Counted from the stretch's first letter, positions 46,058-56,809 are shown. The stretch is 64,000 bases of DNA from Peptococcaceae bacterium (GCA_034927285.1 JAYFQF010000016.1:36314-100313), one strand, 5' to 3'. Notes: generated by a model from the letters alone, not told the origin. Numbers and translations are program-made.

Positions 46058-47433
46058 TGATTAAGGAATACCGCACAATACAGGAAGTGGCCGGTCCGCT
46101 GATGCTGGTCAGTGAAGTAGAAAACGTCACCTATGACGAGCTGGGGGAAATTCAGCTGCCCGACGGCTCCATCCGCCGCTGCAAGGTGCTGGAAATCAAC
46201 GGCACCAACGCTTTGGTCCAGCTCTTTGAAAGCTCCGCCGGAATCAACCTGGCCGGTTCCATGGTCCGTTTTCTGGGCCACGGCACCGAGCTGGCCGTAT
46301 CTGAGGATATGCTGGGCCGGGTATTTGACGGCATGGGAAATCCCATCGACGGCGGCCCCGCTATTTTAGCCGAGAAAAAGCTGAATATTAACGGCGTAGC
46401 CACCAATCCGGCGGCCCGGGACTATCCCAACGAGTTCATCCAGACCGGCGTATCGGCCATCGACGGCCTGAACACTCTGGTCCGGGGCCAGAAGCTGCCG
46501 GTATTTTCCGGTTCCGGCCTGCCCCACGCCGATTTAGGGGCCCAGATCGCCCGCCAGGCCAAGGTGCTGACCGGCGACTCCAAATTTGCCGTCGTATTCG
46601 CCGCCGTAGGCATCACCTTCGAGGAAGCCGACTTCTTCATCTCCGACTTCAAAAAAACCGGCGCCATCGACCGGACGATTCTGTTTATGAACCTGGCCAA
46701 CGACCCCGCTATCGAGCGTATCGCCACCCCCCGTATGGCCCTGACCGCCGCCGAATATCTGGCCTTTGACAAGGGGATGCAGGTGCTGGTCATCATCACC
46801 GATATCACCAACTATGCCGAGGCCCTGCGTGAAGTGTCCGCCGCCCGTAAAGAGGTGCCGGGCCGCCGCGGTTATCCCGGCTATCTTTATACCGACTTAG
46901 CCACCATGTACGAGCGGGCCGGACGCCGGCTGGGCTTCGAGGGGTCCATCACCATGATCCCCATCCTGACCATGCCGGAGGATGACAAGACTCATCCCAT
47001 CCCCGACCTGACCGGTTATATCACGGAAGGTCAGATCATCCTGTCCCGTGAGCTTTACCGCAAAGGCTTAAAACCCCCCATCGACGTTTTGCCCTCCCTT
47101 TCCCGTCTGAAAGACAAAGGGATCGGCGCCGGCAAAACCCGGGAGGACCACGCCAACACCATGAACCAGCTCTTTGCCGCCTACGCCAGAGGCAAGGACG
47201 CCAAGGAACTGATGACTATCCTGGGCGAAGCGGCTCTGACGGAAGTGGATAAGAAATACGCCAGATTCGCCGACGAGTTTGAGAAGCGCTATGTTTCCCA
47301 GGGTTATGAAACCAACCGGACCATCCAGGAGACCCTGGATCTGGGCTGGGAGCTTCTCACGATCCTGCCCAAGAACGAATTAAAGCGGATCAAGCCGGAA
47401 ATGATCGAAAAATACTGGCCCGTCAAAGAGTAA
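46057..47433 (+). CDS. ntpB: V-type ATPase subunit B
   Basis: Full-length B-subunit pattern. Confidence 0.95.
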   Translation: MIKEYRTIQEVAGPLMLVSEVENVTYDELGEIQLPDGSIRRCKVLEINGTNALVQLFESSAGINLAGSMVRFLGHGTELAVSEDMLGRVFDGMGNPIDGGPAILAEKKLNINGVATNPAARDYPNEFIQTGVSAIDGLNTLVRGQKLPVFSGSGLPHADLGAQIARQAKVLTGDSKFAVVFAAVGITFEEADFFISDFKKTGAIDRTILFMNLANDPAIERIATPRMALTAAEYLAFDKGMQVLVIITDITNYAEALREVSAARKEVPGRRGYPGYLYTDLATMYERAGRRLGFEGSITMIPILTMPEDDKTHPIPDLTGYITEGQIILSRELYRKGLKPPIDVLPSLSRLKDKGIGAGKTREDHANTMNQLFAAYARGKDAKELMTILGEAALTEVDKKYARFADEFEKRYVSQGYETNRTIQETLDLGWELLTILPKNELKRIKPEMIEKYWPVKE

Positions 47434-47445
47434 GGAGGGGGTTTT

Positions 47446-48138
47446 ATGGCTCGCCTGAATGTAAACCCCACCCGGATGGAGCTGACCCGGCTGAAAAAGC
47501 GCCTGGTCACCGCCCGCCGGGGCCATAAGCTGTTGAAAGACAAGCGGGATGAACTGATGCGCCAGTTCCTGGAGATCGTCCGCCAGAACCTGGTCCTCCG
47601 GGAAAAGGTAGAGGAATCCCTGCTGAAGGCCCATAAGAGCTTCACCGTAGCCTCGGCGGTCATGTCGCCGGAGATGCTGGAGGAAGCCCTGATGTATCCC
47701 AAGCAGTCGGTATCTCTGGAGCTCAGCCTGAAAAATATCATGTCGGTAAACGGTCCGGTCTATGATTTCCAGACCAAGAGCTCCGATCCCTCGGAGATTT
47801 TTCCCTACGGTTTTGCCACCACCAGCGGCGAACTGGACGACGCGGTCCTTTATCTCTCCGAGACCTTCCAGGCCATGCTGGAGCTGGCCCAGATGGAAAA
47901 AACAGCCCAAATGCTGGCCCAGGAGATCGAGAAAACCCGCCGCCGGGTAAACGCCCTGGAATACGTCATGATCCCCCAGCTGGAAGAAACCATTAAATAT
48001 ATCCTGATGAAGCTGGATGAAAACGAGCGGGGCAACACCACCCGTTTGATGAAAGTCAAGGATATGATGCTGGAGCAGGCCCGGGAGGAAGCCCGCCGCC
48101 GCGACGGAGCGGTCCTGGCGGGAGCCGCCGGGAAATAG
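47446..48138 (+). CDS. ntpD: V-type ATPase subunit D
   Basis: [20 protein letters not shown]. Confidence 0.9.
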   Translation: MARLNVNPTRMELTRLKKRLVTARRGHKLLKDKRDELMRQFLEIVRQNLVLREKVEESLLKAHKSFTVASAVMSPEMLEEALMYPKQSVSLELSLKNIMSVNGPVYDFQTKSSDPSEIFPYGFATTSGELDDAVLYLSETFQAMLELAQMEKTAQMLAQEIEKTRRRVNALEYVMIPQLEETIKYILMKLDENERGNTTRLMKVKDMMLEQAREEARRRDGAVLAGAAGK

Positions 48139-48161
48139 CGCAAAAAAGTCCAGGCATACTA

Positions 48162-48210
48162 AAAAAAGCTTTCCCCAAAGGTCCCGAGGACCTGGGGAAA
48201 GCTTTTTTTA
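48162..48210. terminator. strong hairpin terminator flanked by A- and T-runs
   Basis: AAAAAAAGCTTTCCCCAAAGGTCCcgaGGACCTGGGGAAAGCTTTTTTT. Confidence 0.8.
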
Positions 48211-48418
48211 TTCAGACAATCCCGAGCCGGCAGCAGGGTTTATCCTCTGCGTACTCTATCGTATTTTTATTGTAGTTTTCACTAAAACAAACAGTTTTAC
48301 AAGCGTTTTTATCTATACTACCATAAAGGCAAATCCCGGTCATTCTATATAGCCAAGCTTGGGAAGCCATAAAAATATATCATTGCTGTGGATTAATAAA
48401 CGATGAGGAGGAAGAATT

Positions 48419-49570
48419 ATGGAAAAGTTCAGTCAAATGAAATTCGGCACTCGCGCGATCAAAGCGGGAGAAGGTCCGGATTCCGCTACCAAGGCGCTGA
48501 ATACGCCCATCTATGAGACAACGGCCTATGCCTACGCTTCTACCCGGGACTTTGAAGCCGGCATCGTCGACGCAATGAGCTGGCAGCCGGGGGCATGCCT
48601 CTACAGCCGGACCACGAACCCGACGACTATGGCCCTGGAGCGGAAAATCGCTTCCCTGGAGGGCGCCGAGGACGCCGCCGTCACCGCTTGCGGCATGGGC
48701 GCCGTGAATCTGGCATTGCTGAGTAATCTGAATGCCGGCGACCATTGCATTGCTTCCAGTGACATCTTTATCTGTACAAGGACTTCCCTGGATGATATCC
48801 TTCCTTCGAAGGGCATCGAGGTAACTAAAGTTGACGTTACCGATGTGGCGAATATCGAAAAGAATCTTCGTCCGAATACCAAGGTCATTTATATTGAGGA
48901 ATTGTCTAACCCTCGTCTCGAACTGGCAGATCTCTCCAAGATCGCCGGGATCGCACATAAAAATAACATTAAGTTCATCGTGGATAACACGTTCCTGTCT
49001 CCCTATCTGCTGAGGCCTCTGGAATTTGGCGCCGATATGGTGGTTCATTCCGGCACCAAGTACATCGTCGGCCATGGCGACGCTCTGTGCGGCGTTGCTG
49101 CCGGCCCAAAAGAGATGGTGGACCGGGTTCGCTATTATAATGATAACCTGGGCACCCACATCAGCCCCTTTGATTCCTGGCTGGCTCTGCGGGGCGTGCG
49201 TACGCTGCACCTGCGGCTTAAGGCTCAGTCCGAGAATGCGCTGGCCATCGCAAAGTACCTGGAAGCCAGACCGGAAGTGGAGTTCGTGTTGTATCCCGGT
49301 CTGGCAAGCCATCCTCAGCACCAGTTGGCGAAAACGATGCTCAAAAAAGGGTTCGGCGGTATGGTCTCCTTCCATCTGAGGGGTGGTTACGAGGCAATGG
49401 AGAAGTTTGTTGACAGCGTTCAGATTCCGCCGATTGCCACCAGCCTTGGCGATGTTCAGACCCTGATCCATCCAAAGCAGCATGACGGCAATTTGATTCG
49501 TCTTTCTGTCGGCTGCGAGGAAATTGAGGACCTGCTGGCGGATTTCGACCAGGCCTTCGCTCAGCGCTAA
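48419..49570 (+). CDS. Cys/Met-metabolism PLP-dependent enzyme (methionine gamma-lyase / cystathionine gamma-synthase family)
   Basis: SGTKYIVGHGD PLP-lysine motif. GAGGAGG RBS. Confidence 0.85.
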   Translation: MEKFSQMKFGTRAIKAGEGPDSATKALNTPIYETTAYAYASTRDFEAGIVDAMSWQPGACLYSRTTNPTTMALERKIASLEGAEDAAVTACGMGAVNLALLSNLNAGDHCIASSDIFICTRTSLDDILPSKGIEVTKVDVTDVANIEKNLRPNTKVIYIEELSNPRLELADLSKIAGIAHKNNIKFIVDNTFLSPYLLRPLEFGADMVVHSGTKYIVGHGDALCGVAAGPKEMVDRVRYYNDNLGTHISPFDSWLALRGVRTLHLRLKAQSENALAIAKYLEARPEVEFVLYPGLASHPQHQLAKTMLKKGFGGMVSFHLRGGYEAMEKFVDSVQIPPIATSLGDVQTLIHPKQHDGNLIRLSVGCEEIEDLLADFDQAFAQR

Positions 49571-49806
49571 GTCTTCTGATAGGAAAAAACTTGACCAAAG
49601 CAAATGCCGGGTGTTCAATTTTTCAAAAACAGAACTCATTGTTCGCCCGGCATTTGCCTTAAGCATTCGATTCCGCTCCCTGCCGCGGACACAGCCCGGA
49701 TAGGTTTTCTTAGGTTTTTTTCGCACTCTGGTTTTCCCCAGTCCAGACCCCGAAGATATGCAGCCATCATACCATTCAATCCGTAAATAAGTGAGGAGGG
49801 AATATT

Positions 49807-51288
49807 GTGGGTTTTGTGACATTTCTGGAAAAAGCGGTCGGCTTTTTATGGGGGACCCCCTTAATCGTTCTTGTCCTTGGTTCCGGAGCCCTGTTTACTA
49901 TCGGGTCCGGCTTTTTCCAATTCAGGCATTTTCATTATTTCATGAGTAAGACCTTTGGCTCACTTTTCAAGAAAGAAGAACACGAGGTAGGGGCAGGCCA
50001 TGTGAGCGCTTTTACCGCAATTGCAACCGCTATTGGCGGCGCCGTGGGCGTAGGCAATATCGGCGGCGTTGCCACCGCCATCGCGGTGGGCGGTCCCGGC
50101 GCTCTGTTTTGGCTGTGGGTAGCCGCCCTTCTCGGCATGGCGCTGAAATCCGCGGAGGTAAGCCTTGCCGTATACTATAGAAACATTGATGAAAACGGCG
50201 AGCCTTACGGCGGCCCCACCTATTATATCCAAAAGGGGATCAGCCGGCTGCTGCCCGCTAAATTAGCGAAGATTGCCACGGTCCTTGCCGTGGTTTTCGG
50301 CGTAGGCTTTTCCTGTAACTTTTTCTCCGGTGTGCAAGGCTATACCATTGCCGAAGGATTTACCTCCGCATTTAATATTCCCATTATCACATTCGGCATC
50401 ATTTACAGCATTGTCGTTTGGATCATTGTCTTAGGCGGCGGAAGACGGGTTGTGGAATTTGCCGGAAAGGTTGTCCCGGTAATGATCGTGTTTTTTGTCG
50501 CGCTTGCCCTTGGCATTATTCTTCTGAATATTACAAAGCTTCCCGGCGCCCTGGCCCTGGTCTTCAAAAGTGCCTTTACCGGCACGGCTGCCGTCGGCGG
50601 CTTCGCCGGCGCGGCGGCCTCAAAAGCCATCCAGAACGGAATTGCCCGCTCTGTTTTCAGTAATGAGGCAGGGCAGGGTTCCTCGACCATGGTCCATTCT
50701 CAGGCCAAGGTGGAGCATCCTGTCCGCCAGGGACTTTGGGGCATGTTTGAAGTGTTCGTGGACACGATGGTGGTTTGCACCGTCATGTCTCTGGCCATCA
50801 TCCTCAGCGGCGTATGGTCTTCCGGGGTCCAGGGCGCGGCATTGTCGGTTTCCGCTTTCGGCACGGTGTACGGAAACCTTGGCAGCAAATTCGTCGCCAT
50901 CGCGATCCTGCTCTTTGGCATCACCACCCAGACCGGCTGGTTCCTTTACTATGACGTGCTGCTGCGTCACGCCCTGCACAAAAATATCAGGCTCAAAAAT
51001 CGGATCATTATGTTCTTCAGATTGATCTATCCTTTGCCGAGCCTGATCACCATCATTTATACCACCAGGAACGGCCTGCCGACAGGTACCGTCTGGCTGC
51101 TGACCGACTTCCTCTGCGCCATTCCCACCACTCTGAATATCATATGCGTGATCGCTTTGAGCGGAGTCTATTTCAAACTGGTTAAAGACTACAAGGCCCG
51201 TTACATGGGAATCGGCACGGTTGATCCTGACTTTAAGGTATTTTATGAGGAAACCGGATATCAGGAAGGTTCCACCCTGGAAAGTTAA
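49807..51288 (+). CDS. alanine/glycine:cation symporter (AGCS family)
   Basis: VSAFTAIATAIGGAVGVGNIGGVATAI...SNEAGQGSS. GTG start behind GAGGAGGG. Confidence 0.85.
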   Translation: MGFVTFLEKAVGFLWGTPLIVLVLGSGALFTIGSGFFQFRHFHYFMSKTFGSLFKKEEHEVGAGHVSAFTAIATAIGGAVGVGNIGGVATAIAVGGPGALFWLWVAALLGMALKSAEVSLAVYYRNIDENGEPYGGPTYYIQKGISRLLPAKLAKIATVLAVVFGVGFSCNFFSGVQGYTIAEGFTSAFNIPIITFGIIYSIVVWIIVLGGGRRVVEFAGKVVPVMIVFFVALALGIILLNITKLPGALALVFKSAFTGTAAVGGFAGAAASKAIQNGIARSVFSNEAGQGSSTMVHSQAKVEHPVRQGLWGMFEVFVDTMVVCTVMSLAIILSGVWSSGVQGAALSVSAFGTVYGNLGSKFVAIAILLFGITTQTGWFLYYDVLLRHALHKNIRLKNRIIMFFRLIYPLPSLITIIYTTRNGLPTGTVWLLTDFLCAIPTTLNIICVIALSGVYFKLVKDYKARYMGIGTVDPDFKVFYEETGYQEGSTLES

Positions 51289-51535
51289 GCGGTGAGAGCC
51301 AATCTCCATCTTTTAGCGAAAGCCTGAGAAAAGCAGGTCCGTAAAGCTCACCGGGACTCTCCGGAAGTCTCGGTGAGCTTGGCTTAAAGTAAAATATTAA
51401 TCGTTACGGGAGACAAAAGAAGAAAAAAAAGGGAAAACTATCTTCCCAGCCGGGAGACAAACAGATAAAATTAATTTGCCGCAAAAACGATGATGACCCA
51501 CTGCCAAAAAATGCTGTGCTTCGAGGTATCGCAAG

Positions 51536-52447
51536 ATGAACTTTATGAGTATGGAATATTTCATGGCGGTAGCCGCTAAGAGAAACATTACAAAAGCGGC
51601 CGAAGAACTGCACATCACCCAGCAAACCCTGAGCGCTCATATTGCCGCCATTGAAAAAGAACTGGCCTGCCGATTGATCGTCCGCAGCAATCCGCTGGAG
51701 CTCACTTATGCCGGAGAGGTATTCTTGCGGTATGCCTCCGATATTTACGAAAGCTATCAGGCCCTGTGGAATGAATTCAATGACTTGACCAACAATCAAC
51801 GGGGCAAGCTGCTGGTAGGGATTAATTACGCAAGAAGACGCGCCATTATGCCGGGAATCATTGCGGCATTTCAATCTGCGTATCCCAATATTGAAGTGCG
51901 TTTGCTGGAAGGCGACAACAGTTCTCTGCATAAAGGCCTGATCAACAAGGATATCGATCTGGCTGTCGCCCGCTTCCCTGAATCCCTTGCCGGTATGGAG
52001 ATACGCGACTTCTACAAAGAAGAAGTCGTCATGCTGGTGCCGGCCCAGTTGCTGCCAAAGGGCAAACCCGGGGATAGCTTCTATATAAACGATCTGTCTG
52101 AATTCAGCCTTTATCCGTTTATTCTGGGAAGTCCTCATGACGTCGCCAGTCAGATCGGCAGAAACATGATGATGAAATCCGGTTTCCAGCCGATTGTTAA
52201 AGCGCAGTCCGCTAATGTTGAAACGCTTCTCGGCCTTTGCGCCAGGGGCATAGGGATATGCTTTTGTCCCGAAAGCCTGGCACATGTGACGCTGACCGAT
52301 AATCAGCTTCGTCAGATGCGAATCTATCATTTCAATACCGAAGCCACTTACCCGATTCGTTTCGGCTACCGTAAAGGTTCCTACCAATGGAGGATCATCT
52401 CTGAGTTCATCCGAATCGCTTTGGAAGAAAGGAGCGGGCGGCAATAG
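51536..52447 (+). CDS. LysR family transcriptional regulator
   Basis: N-terminal HTH EYFMAVAAKRNITKAAEELHITQQTLSAHI. Confidence 0.85.
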   Translation: MNFMSMEYFMAVAAKRNITKAAEELHITQQTLSAHIAAIEKELACRLIVRSNPLELTYAGEVFLRYASDIYESYQALWNEFNDLTNNQRGKLLVGINYARRRAIMPGIIAAFQSAYPNIEVRLLEGDNSSLHKGLINKDIDLAVARFPESLAGMEIRDFYKEEVVMLVPAQLLPKGKPGDSFYINDLSEFSLYPFILGSPHDVASQIGRNMMMKSGFQPIVKAQSANVETLLGLCARGIGICFCPESLAHVTLTDNQLRQMRIYHFNTEATYPIRFGYRKGSYQWRIISEFIRIALEERSGRQ

Positions 52448-52508
52448 CCGTCCGCTCCCTGATTTTTCATCCAAAAGAAATGATCGTAAAAATTCCCAAT
52501 TGAAATCG

Positions 52509-53666
52509 CTATAACCGTGCCCAGCGGGCGATGGCGTCGATGCTGCGGCGACAGGCCTGGCCGTCGCCGTAGGGGTTCACCGCCTTGGCCATAGCCAGAT
52601 AAGCGCTTTTATCCAGCAGAAGCCGGGCGGCTTTGGTATAGACGCTGTGCCGGTCAGTGCCTGCCAGCATGGCGGTGCCGGCACTGACCGCCTCTGGCCG
52701 CTCGGTATTATTTCGCAGCACCAGCACGGGTTTTCCCAGGGCCGGGGCTTCTTCCTGGAGGCCGCCGGAATCTGTCAGGATCAGATAGGATTTATCCATC
52801 AGGTGGGCAAACTGCAGATATTCCATAGGCTCGGTCAGGAGAATCCGGGGGTGGTCCGCCAGGATTTCCTGGGCCGGACGACGGACGGCGGGATTTTTAT
52901 GCATCGGAAAAACCACCGCCACATCGTCGAAGTCCTCTGCCAGGCGCCGCAGGGCATGAAAGATCTCTTCCATGGGTTTGCCCAGGTTTTCCCGGCGATG
53001 GCAGGTCACCGTCAAAAGCCGGCTGAGGTGGCCCTGATCCAGCATTTTTTTCAACAGCTCATCCACCCGTCGGGTATCCTCCGTGGGAGGACAAGGCTGG
53101 CGCACCGCCCATTGCAAGGCGTCGATCACCGTATTTCCGGTAATATAGATCCGCCCTTCCTCCACCCCTTCCTGCATCAGGTTGGTCTTTGCCGTCACCG
53201 TAGGCGCCAGATGCAGGTCGGCGATAACGCCGGTAAGCCGCCGGTTCATCTCTTCGGGGAAGGGGGAATATTTATTTCCCGAGCGCAGTCCCGCCTCCAC
53301 ATGGGCCACGGGGATCTGTCCATAAAAGGCGGCCAGAGCGCCGATAAAGGTAGTGCTGGTATCCCCGTGGACCAGCACCAGGTCCGGGCTGCTCTGCTCC
53401 AGCACCTTCTCCAGGCCCTTGACGGCTCTGGCGGTTATATCGTAAAGAGTCTGGCCCGGCGCCATGATATTCAGGTCGTAGTCTGCCGTTACGTTAAAAA
53501 TCTCCATGACCTGATCCAGCATCTCCCGGTGCTGGGCGGTCACCGCCACCCGGCAGGCAAAACGGGGATCCTCCTTCAGCGCTTTCACCAAAGGCAGCAT
53601 CTTGATGGCCTCCGGCCGGGTGCCGAAAATCGCCAATACCCGGAAAGGTGCCTTATGATTTACCAC
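52509..53666 (-). CDS. wecB: UDP-N-acetylglucosamine 2-epimerase (non-hydrolysing)
   Basis: FGTRPEAIKM...HGDTSTT...HVEAGLRS. Confidence 0.9.
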   Translation of the reverse strand: MVNHKAPFRVLAIFGTRPEAIKMLPLVKALKEDPRFACRVAVTAQHREMLDQVMEIFNVTADYDLNIMAPGQTLYDITARAVKGLEKVLEQSSPDLVLVHGDTSTTFIGALAAFYGQIPVAHVEAGLRSGNKYSPFPEEMNRRLTGVIADLHLAPTVTAKTNLMQEGVEEGRIYITGNTVIDALQWAVRQPCPPTEDTRRVDELLKKMLDQGHLSRLLTVTCHRRENLGKPMEEIFHALRRLAEDFDDVAVVFPMHKNPAVRRPAQEILADHPRILLTEPMEYLQFAHLMDKSYLILTDSGGLQEEAPALGKPVLVLRNNTERPEAVSAGTAMLAGTDRHSVYTKAARLLLDKSAYLAMAKAVNPYGDGQACRRSIDAIARWARL

Positions 53667-53749
53667 AGGTTCTCTCTCCTATTCCAAATGATCTTTCCTG
53701 CCAGGGCCGTGGGAAGGCAGCCCTCCATCGGCTTTTCCCTGCCGCAGCC

Positions 53750-54106
53750 CTACTCCTCCTGATCCACCATATACCCGGCGGCGGGATCCTTGAGGCCGCC
53801 GGCCATGTAGCCTTTTCTGTACATCTTTTCCACGTGACGGCGCATAGCCAGATCGATATCTACATCAAACCGGTCTTCCAGGACATACATCATGGTTACG
53901 GCGGTCTGGGCCACATCCACCAGTTCTTCCACGATCAGCTCAACGACCTTCTGCTGCTCCAGACGGCTGGGTTCGCCGCTCATGCCCCGGTATTTACCGA
54001 TGGCCTGGGCCAGCTCCCCCGCTTCCTCCATCAGCTTAAGGGCGGTGGACTCCAGAGTAGGGCTCAAAGCATCCAGGCAGGGCAGGGAAATAATTTTACG
54101 TTTCAT
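53750..54106 (-). CDS. MazG-like nucleotide pyrophosphohydrolase domain protein
   Basis: EEAGELAQAI...EELVDVAQTAVTMM. Start at MKRKI behind GGAGGA. Confidence 0.7.
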   Translation of the reverse strand: MKRKIISLPCLDALSPTLESTALKLMEEAGELAQAIGKYRGMSGEPSRLEQQKVVELIVEELVDVAQTAVTMMYVLEDRFDVDIDLAMRRHVEKMYRKGYMAGGLKDPAAGYMVDQEE

Positions 54107-54358
54107 TGAAAACATCCTCCACATCAAATGGCAAGCCTGGGAAAAGCAGGCGGCGGACAAAGGCAGGAAAAGGTCTGCGAAAGCCTGCGCCCGGTCGAAA
54201 GGGCGGGCTCAAGGATAAGCCCGCAAAGCCCGGGGCACGGCCGAAAGGGCGGGCTTCCTTGTTTGCCTCTGTTTCCGGCGCCGCTCCAAGGCGTAAAGAG
54301 ACGGACCCCCGCCGCGGCCCCAAACCGGGCGTCCACAGGGCGAGGGCCCGACGCTGCC

Positions 54359-54838
54359 TCAACAATTGGGCAGTGTGCCGCTCTTATATTTGTGACAGAA
54401 TACTCCTGCCTCTTTCAGCAGCTGCCGGGACATCTCATCGGGATAATCACCCTCATAGATGATCTCCTGAATACCGGCATTGATCAGCATTTTTGTGCAG
54501 ATGCTGCAAGGCTGGGTGGTGATGTAGGCCACGCCCCCCTCCAGGCTGATGCCATGGCGGGCGCCCTGGATGATGGCGTTTTGCTCCGCATGCACCCCCC
54601 GGCAAAGCTCATGACGCTCGCCGGAAGGTACGCCGGCGGCCTGCCGGCGGCAGCCGACTTCGCTGCAATGGGCTACGCCGCTGGGCGCGCCGTTATATCC
54701 GGTAGACAAGATCCGCCGATCCTTCACGATCACGCAGCCTACCTGCCGCCGAAGACAAGTCGAGCGGCTGGCCACCATCCTGGCAATCTCCATGAAGTAA
54801 TCGTCCCAACCGGGCCGGGTAGACATTACAGCTTCCAT
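54359..54838 (-). CDS. comEB: deoxycytidylate (dCMP) deaminase
   Basis: HAEQNAI and [14 protein letters not shown] zinc motifs. Alternative start at 54826 (TAATG overlap with glyA stop). Confidence 0.85.
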   Translation of the reverse strand: MEAVMSTRPGWDDYFMEIARMVASRSTCLRRQVGCVIVKDRRILSTGYNGAPSGVAHCSEVGCRRQAAGVPSGERHELCRGVHAEQNAIIQGARHGISLEGGVAYITTQPCSICTKMLINAGIQEIIYEGDYPDEMSRQLLKEAGVFCHKYKSGTLPNC

Positions 54839-56097
54839 TCTTCCGCGTAGATGGGGAAACGGCCGGTCAGCTCTTTCACCATTGCGCGGGCTTTTTCCAG
54901 GGTTGCGGGATTTTCCCGCTGGCTGATCACCAGGTCGATAATCTCGGCGATCCTGGCCATATCCGCTTCCTTCATGCCCCGGGTGGTGGTGGCGGGGGTG
55001 CCGATGCGGATGCCGCTGGTGACAAAGGGGCTTTCAGGATCGTTGGGGATAGCGTTTTTGTTTACGGTAACTCCCGCTTCATCCAGCAAATGTTCGGCTT
55101 CCTTACCGGTGATATTCTTCGCTCTTAAATCTACCAGCATCAAATGATTTTCCGTGCCGCCGGACACCAGGCGGAAGCCGCGGCTGATCAATTCATGGGC
55201 CAGCACCTGGGCATTGACGATGATCTGCTGCTGATAATTCTTAAACCCGGGGGACAGGGCTTCCTTAAACGCCATGGCTTTGGCAGCGATCACATGCATC
55301 AGAGGGCCGCCCTGGATGCCGGGAAAGATAGCTTTGTCGATGGCTTTGGCGTATTCCTCCTTGCACAAAATCATGCCGCCCCGGGGGCCCCTCAGGGTTT
55401 TATGCGTAGTAGTGGTTACGATATCGGCGTAGGGTACGGGACTGGGATGAAGGTCGGCAGCCACCAGCCCGGCGATATGGGCCATATCCACCATGAAAAG
55501 GCAGCCTGCCTCCTTGGCAATGGCCCCCATCCGCTCAAAGTCGATGATCCGGGGATAAGCGGAAGCGCCGGCCACCAAAAGCTTGGGTCTGGTTTCCAGA
55601 GCCAGCTTGCGCAAAGCCTCATAATCTATGGTTTCGGTGTCGTCGGTGACGCCGTAAGGCACAAAGTGATAATATTTGCCGGAGATGTTTACCGGGGAAC
55701 CATGGGTCAGATGACCGCCATGGGCGAGATTCATGCCCACCACAGTATCGCCGGGGTTTAAGAGAGCAAAATATACGCCGGTATTGGCCTGAGCGCCGGA
55801 ATGGGGCTGCACATTGGCATGTTCGGCGCCAAAGAGTTCTTTGGCCCGGTCCCTGGCCAGGTTTTCTGCGATATCCACATACTCGCAGCCGCCGTAGTAA
55901 CGTTTGCCGGGATATCCCTCCGCGTATTTGTTGGTAAGCACGGAACCCTGGGCTGCCATAACAGCGGGGCTGACATAGTTTTCTGAAGCAATTAATTCGA
56001 TCTTGTCTGCCTGGCGCTGTTTTTCCAATTCCACAGCTTTAGCCAATTCAGGGTCCTGCTTGGCAAGAATCTCCGCCACGTAATCCAATCGACTCAT
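54826..56097 (-). CDS. glyA: serine hydroxymethyltransferase
   Basis: Full-length SHMT pattern ([14 protein letters not shown]). Confidence 0.95.
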   Translation of the reverse strand: MSRLDYVAEILAKQDPELAKAVELEKQRQADKIELIASENYVSPAVMAAQGSVLTNKYAEGYPGKRYYGGCEYVDIAENLARDRAKELFGAEHANVQPHSGAQANTGVYFALLNPGDTVVGMNLAHGGHLTHGSPVNISGKYYHFVPYGVTDDTETIDYEALRKLALETRPKLLVAGASAYPRIIDFERMGAIAKEAGCLFMVDMAHIAGLVAADLHPSPVPYADIVTTTTHKTLRGPRGGMILCKEEYAKAIDKAIFPGIQGGPLMHVIAAKAMAFKEALSPGFKNYQQQIIVNAQVLAHELISRGFRLVSGGTENHLMLVDLRAKNITGKEAEHLLDEAGVTVNKNAIPNDPESPFVTSGIRIGTPATTTRGMKEADMARIAEIIDLVISQRENPATLEKARAMVKELTGRFPIYAEEWKL

Positions 56098-56148
56098 CTC
56101 CTTTGATCCTCTTTTCCAATGAAAAACAGGCCGCAGCCTGGTTTTGCC

Positions 56149-56706
56149 CTATTGCCGCTTATATTGGGCCCGTTCGCCGCCAATCAGCTTAGGCCGCGTG
56201 CGCACCATTGTGACCCGGGCCTGACCGATCCAGGGCTCTGCCGGCCGCACCATCACGGCTACCGGTTTTAGGTGCATACCGATGCAGACCTCGCCGATGT
56301 CGATGCCGGCCGCCGCTTTATGGACGTCCAGATTCTCCACCACCACCGGATCCTCCAGGTGGTTAAACACCCAGGTGGACCAGCTGCCGCCGGCCTTGCG
56401 CACCGGTACTACCGTCACCGGCTCAAAACCGTATTTCTCGGCGGTTTCCCTTTCCACCACCAGGGCCCGGTTCAGATGCTCGCAGCACTGGGCCGCAAGG
56501 AACAGCCCTTTTTCCTTTAATAAAGGATACACCCCTTCAAAGACTGCTTGCCCTGCTTCTTCCGCGGGGCTGGTACCGATCCGCTGACCGATGATCTCGC
56601 TGGTGCTGCAGCCCACCACCACAATACTGCCGGGGGTCAGTTCCGCCGCGGCCAGCAGGCTTTCCATACAGGCCTTGGTCTGGGCTTTGATTTTTTCCGT
56701 ATCCAT
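56149..56706 (-). CDS. TIGR01440 / UPF0340 family protein (YwlG-like)
   Basis: GSIVVVGCSTSEI pattern, and position next to glyA as in B. subtilis. Confidence 0.8.
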   Translation of the reverse strand: MDTEKIKAQTKACMESLLAAAELTPGSIVVVGCSTSEIIGQRIGTSPAEEAGQAVFEGVYPLLKEKGLFLAAQCCEHLNRALVVERETAEKYGFEPVTVVPVRKAGGSWSTWVFNHLEDPVVVENLDVHKAAAGIDIGEVCIGMHLKPVAVMVRPAEPWIGQARVTMVRTRPKLIGGERAQYKRQ

Positions 56707-56728
56707 AAGGTCGCCTCCTTTGGCGTCT

Positions 56729-56809
56729 TTATCTCCTGACCCCGTAAATAACCGCTCCGATAATCAGGATCAGTAAAAGAACAATCACAATCATGCCGGC
56801 GCTAAACAT
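56729..56809 (-). CDS. tiny transmembrane peptide (26 aa)
   Basis: Not in ORF track. GGAGG lies 8 nt before the ATG. MFSAGMIVIVLLLILIIGAVIYGVRR. Confidence 0.5.
   Translation of the reverse strand: MFSAGMIVIVLLLILIIGAVIYGVRR

Noticed and set aside
49571-49806. Glycine riboswitch upstream of the AGCS symporter, a common association.
   Set aside because: No GGAGAG...ACCGAAGGGGCAA-type cores are present. Only an 11-bp-arm hairpin was seen (CAAATGCCGGG...CCCGGCATTTG).
48380-49822. 480-aa antisense ORF over the PLP enzyme gene, and a 356-aa antisense ORF (51404-52474) over lysR.
   Set aside because: Same mirror-frame effect: 48380, 48419, 51404 and 51536 are all congruent modulo 3. I read lysR codon by codon and found no in-frame TTA, CTA or TCA. 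This is mildly surprising for lower-GC genes but is not evidence of a second gene.
54096-54365. 89-aa and 70-aa minus-strand ORFs and a 118-240-aa plus-strand ORF in the comEB-mazG spacer.
   Set aside because: Their translations are R/P/G-rich and low-complexity with no SD. The region is better explained as structured GC-rich spacer.
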